From: Virgibacillus proomii
GTDB taxonomy: Bacteria; Bacillota; Bacilli; Bacillales; Amphibacillaceae
Assembly (NCBI RefSeq): GCF_900162615.1
Contig: NZ_FUFN01000010.1
Location: 2,007,557-2,031,556, forward strand
Direction: 5' to 3'
Length of the DNA: 24,000 bases
Position 1 is the stretch's first letter; the number at the start of each line of letters is the position of its first letter. Below the pieces are notes generated by a model. It had not been told where the DNA came from. It saw only the letters and a list, made by a program, of their open reading frames with translations, and ran no database searches. A program made the translations under genes and the position numbers. Of this stretch, positions 7,664 to 16,409 are shown in pieces.

Positions 7664-7781
7664 CGGCAGCAATACATCACGATTTTCAAGAGAGAGAGAT
7701 TTCACGGTTTTTCAAGGACGCCTGCGAACTTAGCCTTTAATCCAATGGTTCAGAAAAAATCGCTCCTTGAATATAGTTTCA
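7664..7781 (+). repeat. R2 intergenic repeat, copy 2 (longest)
   Basis: The copy reads cggcagcaatacatcacgattttcaagagagagagatttcacggtttttcaaggacgcctgcgaacttagcctttaatccaatggttcagaaaaaatcgctccttgaatatagtttca. It contains the internal inverted repeat ttcaagga / tccttgaa. Confidence 0.75.
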
Positions 7782-7813
7782 TTTTAATACATTTAGGTTT
7801 AACACACAGTATT

Positions 7814-8038
7814 TCACCCATCATTTGACCATTCCTCATGCTGATTTACCAAACGTTTTTTCAATAAACTTAATTCATTTAAACGGTCATAATATTGATA
7901 AGTAATCGTATTTTCCACTTTCATGATGAGCTTTTGATCCATCCATCGCAGCTGATTTGAAAGTTGATATAAAGCAATTTCTAAGGTTTTTCTGTCCACC
8001 CCTTGCTTTTGATCCATTGGTAAATGACGTATAAGCAT
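7814..8038 (-). CDS. Small hypothetical protein (74 aa) at the position occupied by yppD in B. subtilis
   Basis: Strong SD (TAAGGAGG, 10 nt before the ATG) and a clean ORF. I recognise no motif, so the assignment rests on position only. Confidence 0.55.
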   Translation of the reverse strand: MLIRHLPMDQKQGVDRKTLEIALYQLSNQLRWMDQKLIMKVENTITYQYYDRLNELSLLKKRLVNQHEEWSNDG

Positions 8039-8205
8039 GTTATTATTTCCTCCTTACGTTCAAAAGACTTTACTAATAACTACTTCTTGTTATGATAAAC
8101 TCTTCCTGCACGTTCGACAAAACTAGAATAAAGCTTACAAAACAAGTGAATTTGCTCATTTTTTTCGTGGATTTTGACAAACTAATAATGAAAGGAGGAA
8201 TAACA

Positions 8206-8325
8206 ATGAAAGATGTAAAGCATAAACAGGTTAAACAACCTAAAACAAAAACGGAAAGCATTATTTCAAAGTCATTAAAAGAGGGAGATAAAAAATTGAA
8301 CGGTCCGAATATCCCATCGACCTAA
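8206..8325 (+). CDS. sspM: Small acid-soluble spore protein M (minor SASP)
   Basis: 39 aa, MKDVKHKQVKQPKTKTESIISKSLKEGDKKLNGPNIPST. The remembered B. subtilis SspM is MKTRPKKAGQQKKTESKAIDSLDKKLGGPNRPST. SD AAAGGAGGA lies 6 nt before the ATG. A CAAACTA element at 8178-8184 resembles a forespore sigma -10. The gene lies next to yppC, as in B. subtilis. Confidence 0.7.
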   Translation: MKDVKHKQVKQPKTKTESIISKSLKEGDKKLNGPNIPST

Positions 8326-8336
8326 TGATTCATTTA

Positions 8337-8363
8337 GCGCAGGGTTCATTTGAAGCCCTGCGC
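8337..8363 (+). terminator. GC-rich hairpin after sspM (probable terminator; poor U-tract)
   Basis: gcgcaggg(ttca)..(tgaa)gccctgcgc forms a stem of 8-12 bp. It is followed by cttctgatgttc. Confidence 0.45.
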
Positions 8364-8567
8364 CTTCTGATGTTCTAGGTTTAAAAATTTGTATTTAGGT
8401 AATAATTCGTAATTATCCTCGCTAGAGTTTCAGTAGCTTGTCGGTCTCTAGCTTTTATTCTTCCGGATATTCTTTTTACTTTACCTCCTCTCCGATAGCT
8501 GTTTAAAACAGAAAATATCTTCTCATTCGAATTTAACTGTTAGGCTTTATAGGATAAGAAAAACGAG

Positions 8568-8612
8568 CTTTCGCCATGAAGACTTGGAGATAAGCCAAGT
8601 TTTTCCAATCTA
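8568..8612 (+). repeat. R3 hairpin module, copy 1 (abuts the yppC stop codon)
   Basis: ctttcgccatgaagacttggagataagccaagtttttccaatcta compares with 18548-18591 ctttcgccataaaacttggcgacaagccaagtttttctaatata, with about 6 differences in 45 nt. The stem is acttgg/ccaagt, followed by T5. Confidence 0.7.
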
Positions 8613-9581
8613 ACTGAAATGATTCTTCATCGTTATCGCTCGTTTGACATGGAAATAAACATACATGAATTGACGCTTTTGATAAAATGTTTTTCCTGTT
8701 TTTGAGCTGATATTTACGTTCTGATTCTTTAACCATTTACGCTTTATACCCCCTGATTTATACCAATCTTTTCGAATAATATCGCGATGTGTAATTATTG
8801 GATACACCATTCTTAAATACGGAGCCCTTGGCATAGATAGATGTAAAAAGCGTTCATAATCATAACGAGAACCTGTATGTTCAATACATTTAGCAAATTC
8901 ATAGGTTTGATTGTATACGGTTGGGGAAAAAATAATAGATGCCAGCTTTTTTCCTAATTCAATACGATTCGTTAAGTTTGTAAAATTATGTACATAGCAA
9001 CCATATAACTGCTGAGACATGGTTGGTATGAGTACTGCATTCATTATCAATAAATTTTGCAATAAATATGGCGGTTGACAAAATACACGCTGTTTAAAAA
9101 AGGACTGTTTGATGACAGGAGCTTGAATAACATTTTGCTCATTAATAATCAATGCTTGAACTAAGCGGTCTTCATCTAAGTGTTTCCAAAAATGAAACCA
9201 CTCTTTTACCATATACGTAGATACTTTAAAAGATGACAAAAGGTGAAACAATGGTTTATTATATTGTCTGGATAACTGATAAATCAAAAGCTGTGGAAAA
9301 GCATCGGAAAAGATTAACCAATTTGCTCTTTCATAGGTTATAAATAATCGTTGTCTTTCTTTTGTACCTAATAAATAACGAAAAGGTTCTAACTCTAAAT
9401 CTGTCATATTCCATCCTGCATTTCTGGATACAATACTTGCTAAAAATGCCCATTTTATTTCAGGAAATTGTAAATAAAACGAAAAATACGCTTTCGTTCG
9501 AGAAATATTATCTCGATTATGTTCCTTTGTTTTATTTGTTATATAATGAATGTAGGAGCGTGATAGCAAATCATTACACAT
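8610..9581 (-). CDS. yppC: YppC-family protein (DUF2515)
   Basis: 323 aa. Its size and its position divergent from recU match B. subtilis yppC (about 320 aa). The family call rests mainly on synteny. Confidence 0.65.
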   Translation of the reverse strand: MCNDLLSRSYIHYITNKTKEHNRDNISRTKAYFSFYLQFPEIKWAFLASIVSRNAGWNMTDLELEPFRYLLGTKERQRLFITYERANWLIFSDAFPQLLIYQLSRQYNKPLFHLLSSFKVSTYMVKEWFHFWKHLDEDRLVQALIINEQNVIQAPVIKQSFFKQRVFCQPPYLLQNLLIMNAVLIPTMSQQLYGCYVHNFTNLTNRIELGKKLASIIFSPTVYNQTYEFAKCIEHTGSRYDYERFLHLSMPRAPYLRMVYPIITHRDIIRKDWYKSGGIKRKWLKNQNVNISSKTGKTFYQKRQFMYVYFHVKRAITMKNHFS

Positions 9582-9644
9582 GCTTCGATCCTGCTTTCTT
9601 TTTGTTTTTTAACATGCAGCAAGATGTTTAACTGTATACATTTT

Positions 9645-9673
9645 TTGAAATGGCATTTTTTTCTTACTAGATA
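9645..9673 (+). promoter_or_regulatory. Candidate SigA promoter for recU-ponA (TTGAAA-17-TAGATA; alternative extended -10 TGgTAAAAT at 9674-9682)
   Basis: ttgaaa at 9645-9650, a 17-nt spacer, then tagata at 9668-9673. Confidence 0.35.
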
Positions 9674-9699
9674 TGGTAAAATGCAAGGAGGATTTAAAA

Positions 9700-10281
9700 T
9701 TGAATTACCCAAACGGTAAAAAAAGGAATGGCAGTGTTTCTAATCATCGTCCATATCGGTTTGGAAATCGCGGTATGACGCTTGAAGAAGATATAAATGA
9801 TACAAATACGTATTACTTAGCAATAAAAAGAGCTGTCATTCATAAAAAACCAACCCCTGTACAAATTGTGCGAGTTAATTATCCGAAGCGTAGTGCAGCG
9901 GTTATTACAGAAGCTTATTTTAAACAAGCGTCAACAACAGATTATAATGGAGTATACCGTGAAAAATATATTGATTTTGAAGCAAAGGAAACGAAAAATA
10001 AAACAATTTTCCCCTTAGCTAATATACATGATCACCAAATCGAACATATGAAAGCAGTGGTCGAACAAGGAGGAATTAGTTTCATGATTATCCGCTTTTC
10101 GACACTTGATGAAACTTACTTTTTCCCTGCTGAGAAACTTTTTAAACACTGGAACGTCAAATTAAACGGTGGAAGAAAATCCATTCCGTATCAGACGATC
10201 CAGCAAAAGGGATACCTTATCCCTTTTCAATATAAGGCAAGAGTTGACTATTTAGCAATTATTGATAAGCTTTATTTTTAG
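9700..10281 (+). CDS. recU: Holliday junction resolvase RecU
   Basis: [22 protein letters not shown]....[64 protein letters not shown] closely matches B. subtilis RecU. I prefer the TTG start at 9700 (AAGGAGG 8 nt upstream) over the track ATG at 9673. Confidence 0.9.
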   Translation: MNYPNGKKRNGSVSNHRPYRFGNRGMTLEEDINDTNTYYLAIKRAVIHKKPTPVQIVRVNYPKRSAAVITEAYFKQASTTDYNGVYREKYIDFEAKETKNKTIFPLANIHDHQIEHMKAVVEQGGISFMIIRFSTLDETYFFPAEKLFKHWNVKLNGGRKSIPYQTIQQKGYLIPFQYKARVDYLAIIDKLYF

Positions 10282-10299
10282 AGACGGAGGAATGAAGCG

Positions 10300-13110
10300 A
10301 TGGCAAATAACAGCCCATCTCGTACAGCGAGAAGAAAACAAAAAAAATCAAAGAAAAAACCTTTATGGAAAAAAATATTCCTTTCTTTATTTATTATTTT
10401 TGTAGTACTAGTAATAGGTGCAAGTGCAACTGCTGCCTATTGGATTGCTACTGCACCAGATTTGGATAAGTCCAAGCTGTCCGATCCGCTTGCATCTGAA
10501 ATACTTGATAAAGACGGAAAGGCTTTTGCAGTTTTAGGAGAAAAGAACCGAACAAAAATTAGTTATAGTGATTTACCACAAGTATTAATTGATGCCGTAA
10601 CAGCGACAGAGGATGCCAGATTTTTTGAACACTCGGGTATTGATTTACGAAGAATTGGCGCCGCGGTTATTGCTAATATTAAAGATGGATTCGGTTCTGA
10701 AGGAGCAAGTACAATTACACAACAAGTAGTAGAAAAATCCTTCTTGTCAGCGGATAAAAAAATCAGCTTGAAGGTTCAGGAACAATGGCTTGCCTTACAG
10801 CTTGAAAGAGATTATTCTAAAGAAGAAATTTTAGAAATGTATTTAAACAAAATATTTTATGGAAGTAATGCTTACGGTGTAGCAGCAGCTGCTGAAACGT
10901 ATTTTGGCAAAGAGGATTTAAATGATCTTACTTTGCCAGAAGCAGCTATTCTAGCAGGTCTACCGCAACGTCCAACGGCCTATAATCCATTTAAAAATCC
11001 AGAGCTTACGAAAGAGAGAATGAATACCGTATTAAAATTAATGGTACGTCATGGCAAAATTACCGAAAAACAGGCAGAAGAAGCTAGAAAAGTGGATATC
11101 CCTTCCCTGCTAGTAAAATCAAAACCTGATTCTACACCTTATGAAGCATTCATTCAGCAAGTGGAAAAGGAAGTAAAAGAAAAGGTTGATGGTGCTGATA
11201 TATATACAGACGGATTAAAAATTCATACGACGATTGACCCCAAAGTTCAAGAACATGTTGAATTTTTGTTAACAGATAGTGAAACTAATCCTATCCCTTA
11301 TCCTGATGATGAAATGCAAGCCGCAATGACTGTGTTGGATACGAAAAGCGGTGCTATTCGTGCAGTTGGCGGTAGACGTAATAGCGAAGGGAAAAAAGAA
11401 TTCAACTATGCGATTGAAGGGAAAACGCAAGCTGGTTCAACCTTTAAACCAATCACAGCTTATGGTCCTGCTATTGAATACAATAAAATATCAACATACC
11501 ATCAGATTAATGATGACAAACCATATCAAATACCTGGCACCAGCAAAACGATAAGAAACTGGAACAGGCAATATAGTGGCTGGATGTCAGCACGAGAAGC
11601 TTTAAATAAATCATTAAACGTGCCAGCAGTAAAAATGCTTGAAGAAGTAGGCTATGATAAAGCGAAGGAATTTGCAGAAGGCTTAGGGATTAAATTTCAT
11701 AAAAATCGTGTGCTAATTGGCGATGCAATTGGTGGTACAGATACAGAGGTTACACCATTAGAATTAGCAGGCGCCTTTCGAGCTTTTGGAAACGAAGGTA
11801 TCTATAATGATCCATATTCTGTAACAAAAGTTGAATTTCCAGACGGAAAAACAGTAGATTTAAAACCGAAAGCAAAACCGGCAATGTCTGACTATACCGC
11901 TTATATGATAACAGATATGTTAAAGACAGCCGTTACAGAAGGTACAGGAACGCAAGCTCATATCCCTGGTTTGCCGATGGCTGGAAAAACAGGTACAACA
12001 AGCTTAGAGAATACAGAAGGAAGTCCGGATGCTTGGTTTAGCGGATATACGACGAATTATACGATTTCTGCATGGGTTGGCGGTTATCATGATGAAAATA
12101 AACGCCGAGCTCCTATACCGGATGGATACACGAAAATTCCTTTGCAAATGTTTAAAAATACAATGACAGAAATATCTAAGGATATTGAAACGAAGGATTT
12201 CGTGAAGCCAGATTCTGTCGTTGAAGTTCAAGTAGAAAAGGGCTCAAATCCGCCTGCAAAACCAAGTAAACATACACCATCAGAAAATATTACTACCGAA
12301 TTATTTGTTAAGGGAACCGAGCCAAAGGGTACTTCAGAGAAATTTGCTAAGCTTGATCCAGTAAGTGGCCTAACTGCCAGCTTTAATAAAGATAATAATT
12401 CAATTGATGTTTCGTGGAATTACGATTCAGATGCAGATGTATCGTTTGAGGTGAGTGCCCAAGTTAATGGTGGCGGTATGCAGCCACTATCAACAACAAA
12501 AGAAAATTCCCTGGAAATTAATGAAGTAGAACCGAATGCAGAATATACCATTCAAGTCATAGCGGTAAGTAATGAAGACGGCTCAAAAAGTGAACCAAAA
12601 ACAACTACCGTTTCTACTGGCGAAGAAAAGGAACAGGAAGAGATACCAGCTGTTGAAGGTTTATCAGCCACATACAATGAATCGAGCTCACTCATTAATG
12701 TTAGCTGGAATTATAACGGTCCACCTGCTTCATTTGAAGTATCTGTAAACGGGCAAGCACAAACTGTGGGATCAAATGGATTAGAAATTAGTGGAGCAAC
12801 TCCGGGAGAGACTTATTCCATCACTGTTACTCCGATTGGAAAAGAGGGAGCGAATGAAGGAAAACGTGGTTCCGCACAAAGTACATCCATTACAGTTCCC
12901 TCTGAGCAATCAGAACCTCCTACCAACGGGAATGAAGAGGATAAACCTGATGATCAGAACGGTAATGTTAATGAGAACAATGATGGCGATAGTGGTAATA
13001 ACGAGGAAAATAACAACGATGGTGATGAACAAGATGACCAACAGAATCAAAATAATCAACAAAACAATCACCAGAATAACCGGAACCGATCAAAAGAAGA
13101 AAATGAATAA
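10300..13110 (+). CDS. ponA: Class A penicillin-binding protein PBP1A/1B (glycosyltransferase + transpeptidase) with C-terminal FN3-like repeats and a disordered tail
   Basis: 936 aa with an N-terminal TM segment. GT51 motifs EDARFFEHSGID and GASTITQQ are present, along with transpeptidase motifs STFKP, SLN and KTGTT. The gene follows recU, as in B. subtilis. Confidence 0.95.
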   Translation: MANNSPSRTARRKQKKSKKKPLWKKIFLSLFIIFVVLVIGASATAAYWIATAPDLDKSKLSDPLASEILDKDGKAFAVLGEKNRTKISYSDLPQVLIDAVTATEDARFFEHSGIDLRRIGAAVIANIKDGFGSEGASTITQQVVEKSFLSADKKISLKVQEQWLALQLERDYSKEEILEMYLNKIFYGSNAYGVAAAAETYFGKEDLNDLTLPEAAILAGLPQRPTAYNPFKNPELTKERMNTVLKLMVRHGKITEKQAEEARKVDIPSLLVKSKPDSTPYEAFIQQVEKEVKEKVDGADIYTDGLKIHTTIDPKVQEHVEFLLTDSETNPIPYPDDEMQAAMTVLDTKSGAIRAVGGRRNSEGKKEFNYAIEGKTQAGSTFKPITAYGPAIEYNKISTYHQINDDKPYQIPGTSKTIRNWNRQYSGWMSAREALNKSLNVPAVKMLEEVGYDKAKEFAEGLGIKFHKNRVLIGDAIGGTDTEVTPLELAGAFRAFGNEGIYNDPYSVTKVEFPDGKTVDLKPKAKPAMSDYTAYMITDMLKTAVTEGTGTQAHIPGLPMAGKTGTTSLENTEGSPDAWFSGYTTNYTISAWVGGYHDENKRRAPIPDGYTKIPLQMFKNTMTEISKDIETKDFVKPDSVVEVQVEKGSNPPAKPSKHTPSENITTELFVKGTEPKGTSEKFAKLDPVSGLTASFNKDNNSIDVSWNYDSDADVSFEVSAQVNGGGMQPLSTTKENSLEINEVEPNAEYTIQVIAVSNEDGSKSEPKTTTVSTGEEKEQEEIPAVEGLSATYNESSSLINVSWNYNGPPASFEVSVNGQAQTVGSNGLEISGATPGETYSITVTPIGKEGANEGKRGSAQSTSITVPSEQSEPPTNGNEEDKPDDQNGNVNENNDGDSGNNEENNNDGDEQDDQQNQNNQQNNHQNNRNRSKEENE

Positions 13111-13114
13111 ATTA

Positions 13115-13153
13115 AAAAGAGGTAAACGAGAATACTGCTCGTTTACCTCTTTT
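13115..13153. terminator. Bidirectional intrinsic terminator shared by convergent ponA and nth
   Basis: aaaaagaggtaaacgag-aatactg-ctcgtttacctcttttc has A/T runs on both sides. The nth stop codon (13143-13145) lies inside the 3' arm. Confidence 0.8.
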
Positions 13154-13796
13154 CTATTTTCATTCGTTTTTTTCCTTCGCGGCATATTTCCAATAACGGA
13201 CATTCTGGACAATTCGGATTTCTGGCTTTACAGTGATACCGACCGAAAAAAATCATACGGTGGTGTGTATCGCTCCACTCTTCCTTTGGGATTTTTCGCA
13301 TCAAAGTCTCCTCAACTTCAAGGACGGAATCTTTCCACCTGCATATACCCAATCGTTTTGCGACCCGTTCAACATGGGTATCAACTGCAATCGCAGGTTC
13401 ATCAAATGCGACAGAGGCTACCACATTCGCTGTTTTTCTCCCTACTCCAGCAAGCTTCATCAACTCTTCTTTGGACTTAGGAACAATTCCGCCATATTCT
13501 TCTAATAACGTTGTACAGAGCTTACGAATATTTTTTGCCTTATTACGATATAAACCAATTGACTTTATATCCTCTTGAAGTTCCTCTAAGGGTACCGCTA
13601 AATAGTCTTCGGGAGTTTTGTATTTCTTAAATAAATCCTTCGTTACTTTATTAACGAGATTATCCGTGCATTGAGCAGAAAGAACAACTGCGATGAGTAA
13701 TTCAAATGGGTTACCATGAACTAATTCACATTGTGCATCGGGAAACATTTTTTTCATCTCATCTAAACAAAATCGAATTTGCTTTTTTGTCAGCAT
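13143..13796 (-). CDS. nth: Endonuclease III (DNA glycosylase/AP lyase)
   Basis: 217 aa with an HhH-GPD motif (LPGVGRKTANVV-like: LAGVGRKTANVV) and a 4Fe-4S cluster loop, C.ARNPNCPECPL...C. The protein is near-collinear with B. subtilis Nth. Confidence 0.95.
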   Translation of the reverse strand: MLTKKQIRFCLDEMKKMFPDAQCELVHGNPFELLIAVVLSAQCTDNLVNKVTKDLFKKYKTPEDYLAVPLEELQEDIKSIGLYRNKAKNIRKLCTTLLEEYGGIVPKSKEELMKLAGVGRKTANVVASVAFDEPAIAVDTHVERVAKRLGICRWKDSVLEVEETLMRKIPKEEWSDTHHRMIFFGRYHCKARNPNCPECPLLEICREGKKRMKIEKR

Positions 13797-13800
13797 ACTC

Positions 13801-14493
13801 CTACTCTTCCCCTTCTAACCAATTATAATAAAAAGAAGTATCACGCTTTTGACTAGACTGTATACTAGAATTTGCTTTACGCGCATGATATTCTTTACTG
13901 GATCTGCGTGCTTGTTCAACGGATTGAATTCCTTTTTTCATCCATTCTCGTAAAATACGATCAATATACTTAAAGTTTAACTTGCTCATTAGAACTGCTT
14001 CACGTAAACCCGCTTTTATTAAAGCTGGAGAGATTTTATCCTGGTCAAGCCATGCATTAATGGTTTCTATTTCAAAAGGAGAAAGCGGTCTGCCAAACTC
14101 CTGTTCAAATAAAATAAAAATGGTACCTTCCGACGTTTCTTCTTCACTTTGTTGATGATGATTTACCTTAAATAGTTTTTCCCAAAGTGGGTTTAAACAG
14201 TATGCTTCTTTTAGCTTCTGTCCTTGTTCTTCCTGTTGATCAATTGTCAGCATACCTTTTTGAATCAGTCCGCGCAAGATAAGTGCACATTCCTTCTCAC
14301 TCATTGTTACATATTGAGCTAGTTGATCTGGCGTTGGAAAATCAATTCCGTCTTGGATAAAACGCTGTAATTGTAAAAGAAGCATCACTTCTCTTTCATG
14401 GAGCCCCAATGTAGTATACGAAGTTAGTAATTGTGTTGGGACATGTAATTGCTGCAATAATAATTGCTGAATAGAAAACTGTTGCTTCTTCAT
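13801..14493 (-). CDS. dnaD: DNA replication initiation/remodelling protein DnaD
   Basis: Starts MKKQQF, as B. subtilis DnaD does. The conserved C-terminal region includes FE.EFGRPLSP.E.E.I..W and YIDRIL.EW.KKG. ATG 14493 has AAGAGGTG upstream; the track start is a GTG inside the SD. Confidence 0.9.
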   Translation of the reverse strand: MKKQQFSIQQLLLQQLHVPTQLLTSYTTLGLHEREVMLLLQLQRFIQDGIDFPTPDQLAQYVTMSEKECALILRGLIQKGMLTIDQQEEQGQKLKEAYCLNPLWEKLFKVNHHQQSEEETSEGTIFILFEQEFGRPLSPFEIETINAWLDQDKISPALIKAGLREAVLMSKLNFKYIDRILREWMKKGIQSVEQARRSSKEYHARKANSSIQSSQKRDTSFYYNWLEGEE

Positions 14494-14546
14494 AAACTTA
14501 AGCACCTCTTTAAAATATCATGATAAGAACAAAAGCTTAGAAGCGC

Positions 14547-14893
14547 TCAGTTAGCCATGTGCAAACTGGGAAACTTCTGACAAGTTAAAGTGAAAACTTC
14601 AATCCGTGGAACGCTTTTTACAGGAAATGTTAGTACCGTAAAGGTATGACCTAAAGGCCCATGAACTATTCGGGCATTTAGTTGCCGTTTTCCTTTCCCT
14701 TTGAATTCCTCCATATTCTCTTTAATCTTGAATACATGCGGGCTAGAAAAACATGCCGCTAACATAGGGGAATGCATACACCTAAGCGGGCAAGCCTGCT
14801 TTTAGTCGACCTTTCTTAGATTCGAGCAGATGTTAACTTATCAAAGATCTCCAGTTTGTTTAAAGCACGAGCGCTTAAGATAAACGACGCTAC
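14547..14893 (-). pseudogene. Second decayed IS1182-family transposase fragment, homologous to 315-470
   Basis: 14745-14893 aligns by eye with 315-470 in the same orientation. Shared blocks include agaaaa(a)cat.cc..aaca.gggga, gggcaagcc.g.ttttagtcg.c.t.c.ttagattcgagc.gatgtt.acttat and aaacga.gctac. Broken frames read ..FKQTGDL.., ..GRLKAGLPA.. and ..ARIVHGPLGH.., resembling the SKTDPDA, GQLKAGYN and YIVADAGYG blocks. Multiple stops are present. Confidence 0.45.
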
Positions 14894-14917
14894 TTTTTCA
14901 ATTAGATAAATTCCTAG

Positions 14918-14968
14918 ATACAAGATAAAACAATCCCTCGCTTATAGAGCAAGGGATTAGCATTTTTT
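14918..14968 (-). terminator. Intrinsic terminator downstream of asnS (hairpin usable in both directions)
   Basis: The stem is aatccct..agggatt (14932-14938 / 14952-14958). The minus strand follows with gttttatcttg and the plus strand with agcatttttt. Confidence 0.6.
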
Positions 14969-15099
14969 GGAGATGTTATCAAAATGAAGTAAAGATCCCG
15001 TTATATACCCTTAGTTAGCCCGCTGCTGCTAGAGTCATATTAGAAACAGATGTTACTCATAGACGTATGAATTTTTCGCACACATTATGATAGGCAAAC

Positions 15100-16392
15100 T
15101 TAAGGATAAAGCCGATTTAATAAGCGAGGAAATGGTATTGTTTCACGAACATGGTCAACTCCAGAAATCCAAGCAACAGTACGTTCTAAACCAAGTCCGA
15201 AACCGGAATGTGGAACACTTCCATATTTTCTTAGCTCTAAATACCATTGATATGCTTCTCCAGTTAATCCATGCTCTTCGTATCGCTGTTTCATAAGCTC
15301 TAGATCATCAATACGTTGAGAACCTCCAATTATCTCTCCATAGCCTTCAGGAGCAATTAAGTCTGCACATAAAACTACGTCATCTCGTTTTGGATGGGGC
15401 TTCATATAAAAAGCTTTGACATTCTTAGGGTAGTTGGTTATAAATACAGGCTTGTCATAGCTCTCTGCTATTGCCGTTTCATGTGGTGCTCCAAAATCTT
15501 CACCCCACTCTATATCCGTAAACCCTTTTTCTTTTAAGAGTTCGATTGCTTCATCATAGGTAATCCGCGGAAAAGGTGCTTGTACTTTTTCTAATTTATC
15601 AGTGTCACGATCTAACGTATGTAACTCTAATTTACAATTTTTTAGTACACTTTGAACTATGAAGCTTACGTATTTTTCTTGGATCTCGAGACTTTCTTCA
15701 TGCTCTACAAAAGCCATTTCCGGCTCAATCATCCAAAATTCAATTAAATGTCTTCTCGTTTTGGATTTTTCAGCTCGGAATGTTGGCCCAAAGGAAAAGA
15801 CCTTTCCAAATGCCATTGCTGCAGCTTCCATATATAACTGACCACTTTGTGATAAATAAGCTTCCTCATCGAAGTACTTCGTGTGGAACAGTTCAGTAGT
15901 TCCTTCTGCTGATGATGCTGTTAATATTGGTGGGTCAATTTTAACAAATCCATGTTCATTAAAAAATTGATACGTAGCACGAATGATTTCATTACGAACT
16001 TTCATGATGGCATGTTGTCTTTTTGATCGAAGCCATAGATGGCGATGATCCATTAAAAATTCCGTACCGTGTTCTTTTGGTGTGATTGGATAATCATGTG
16101 ATTCGTGAATTAATTCAATATCTTTTACATGCATTTCGTAACCAAATGGTGATCTTTTATCTTCGACTATTTTACCAGTAATGTACATGGAAGATTCTTG
16201 GGTTAAATTTTTGGCCAGTTGGAACGTTTCTTCACTTACATCATTTTTGGCAACCACCCCTTGGATAAATCCAGTCCCATCACGTAATTGTAAAAATGCG
16301 ATTTTTCCACTGGATCGTTTATTCGTAAGCCAAGCGCCGATGGTTACGATTTGGTCATGATAGTTTGGTGCTTGAGAAATAGTTGTTTTCAA
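15100..16392 (-). CDS. asnS: Asparaginyl-tRNA synthetase
   Basis: 430 aa. The N-terminus MKTTI...[30 protein letters not shown] is nearly identical to B. subtilis AsnS. Class II motifs FRAE and GFGLGLER are present. Confidence 0.97.
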   Translation of the reverse strand: MKTTISQAPNYHDQIVTIGAWLTNKRSSGKIAFLQLRDGTGFIQGVVAKNDVSEETFQLAKNLTQESSMYITGKIVEDKRSPFGYEMHVKDIELIHESHDYPITPKEHGTEFLMDHRHLWLRSKRQHAIMKVRNEIIRATYQFFNEHGFVKIDPPILTASSAEGTTELFHTKYFDEEAYLSQSGQLYMEAAAMAFGKVFSFGPTFRAEKSKTRRHLIEFWMIEPEMAFVEHEESLEIQEKYVSFIVQSVLKNCKLELHTLDRDTDKLEKVQAPFPRITYDEAIELLKEKGFTDIEWGEDFGAPHETAIAESYDKPVFITNYPKNVKAFYMKPHPKRDDVVLCADLIAPEGYGEIIGGSQRIDDLELMKQRYEEHGLTGEAYQWYLELRKYGSVPHSGFGLGLERTVAWISGVDHVRETIPFPRLLNRLYP

Positions 16393-16409
16393 AAGAATAC
16401 CTCCTAATG

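Noticed and set aside
7619-7799. A 9-bp inverted repeat aacctaaat / atttaggtt enclosing R2 copy 2, considered as terminal inverted repeats of a MITE.
   Set aside because: The other R2 copies do not share it, and a 9-mer in AT-rich DNA can occur by chance.
8073-8261. A hydrophobic 62-aa ORF antisense to sspM, considered as a type I toxin with an antisense partner.
   Set aside because: There is no SD or promoter-like sequence upstream. It is the antisense frame of a lysine-rich gene, which naturally yields Phe/Leu-rich peptides.
8530-8580. Mini-ORFs starting ATGGCGAAAG on the minus strand in both R3 copies (MAKARFSYPIKPNS and MAKDTKPKVLYIPIV).
   Set aside because: There is no SD. The sequences diverge right after the third codon, so the shared MAK is only the conserved repeat flank.
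12791-13505. Long plus-strand ORFs (229 aa and 90 aa) crossing the ponA end, the terminator and nth.
   Set aside because: They are out of frame within ponA and antisense to a well-conserved nth. They run through a terminator hairpin and have low-complexity composition.
14549-15021. An agttagcc 8-mer at 14549-14556 and 15014-15021, considered as a target-site duplication flanking the IS relic.
   Set aside because: An 8-mer repeat within about 500 nt is expected by chance. The interval would also have to include the asnS terminator.
16393-16409. A T-box or other leader upstream of asnS.
   Set aside because: Only 17 nt separate aspB and asnS, so asnS is co-transcribed with aspB.
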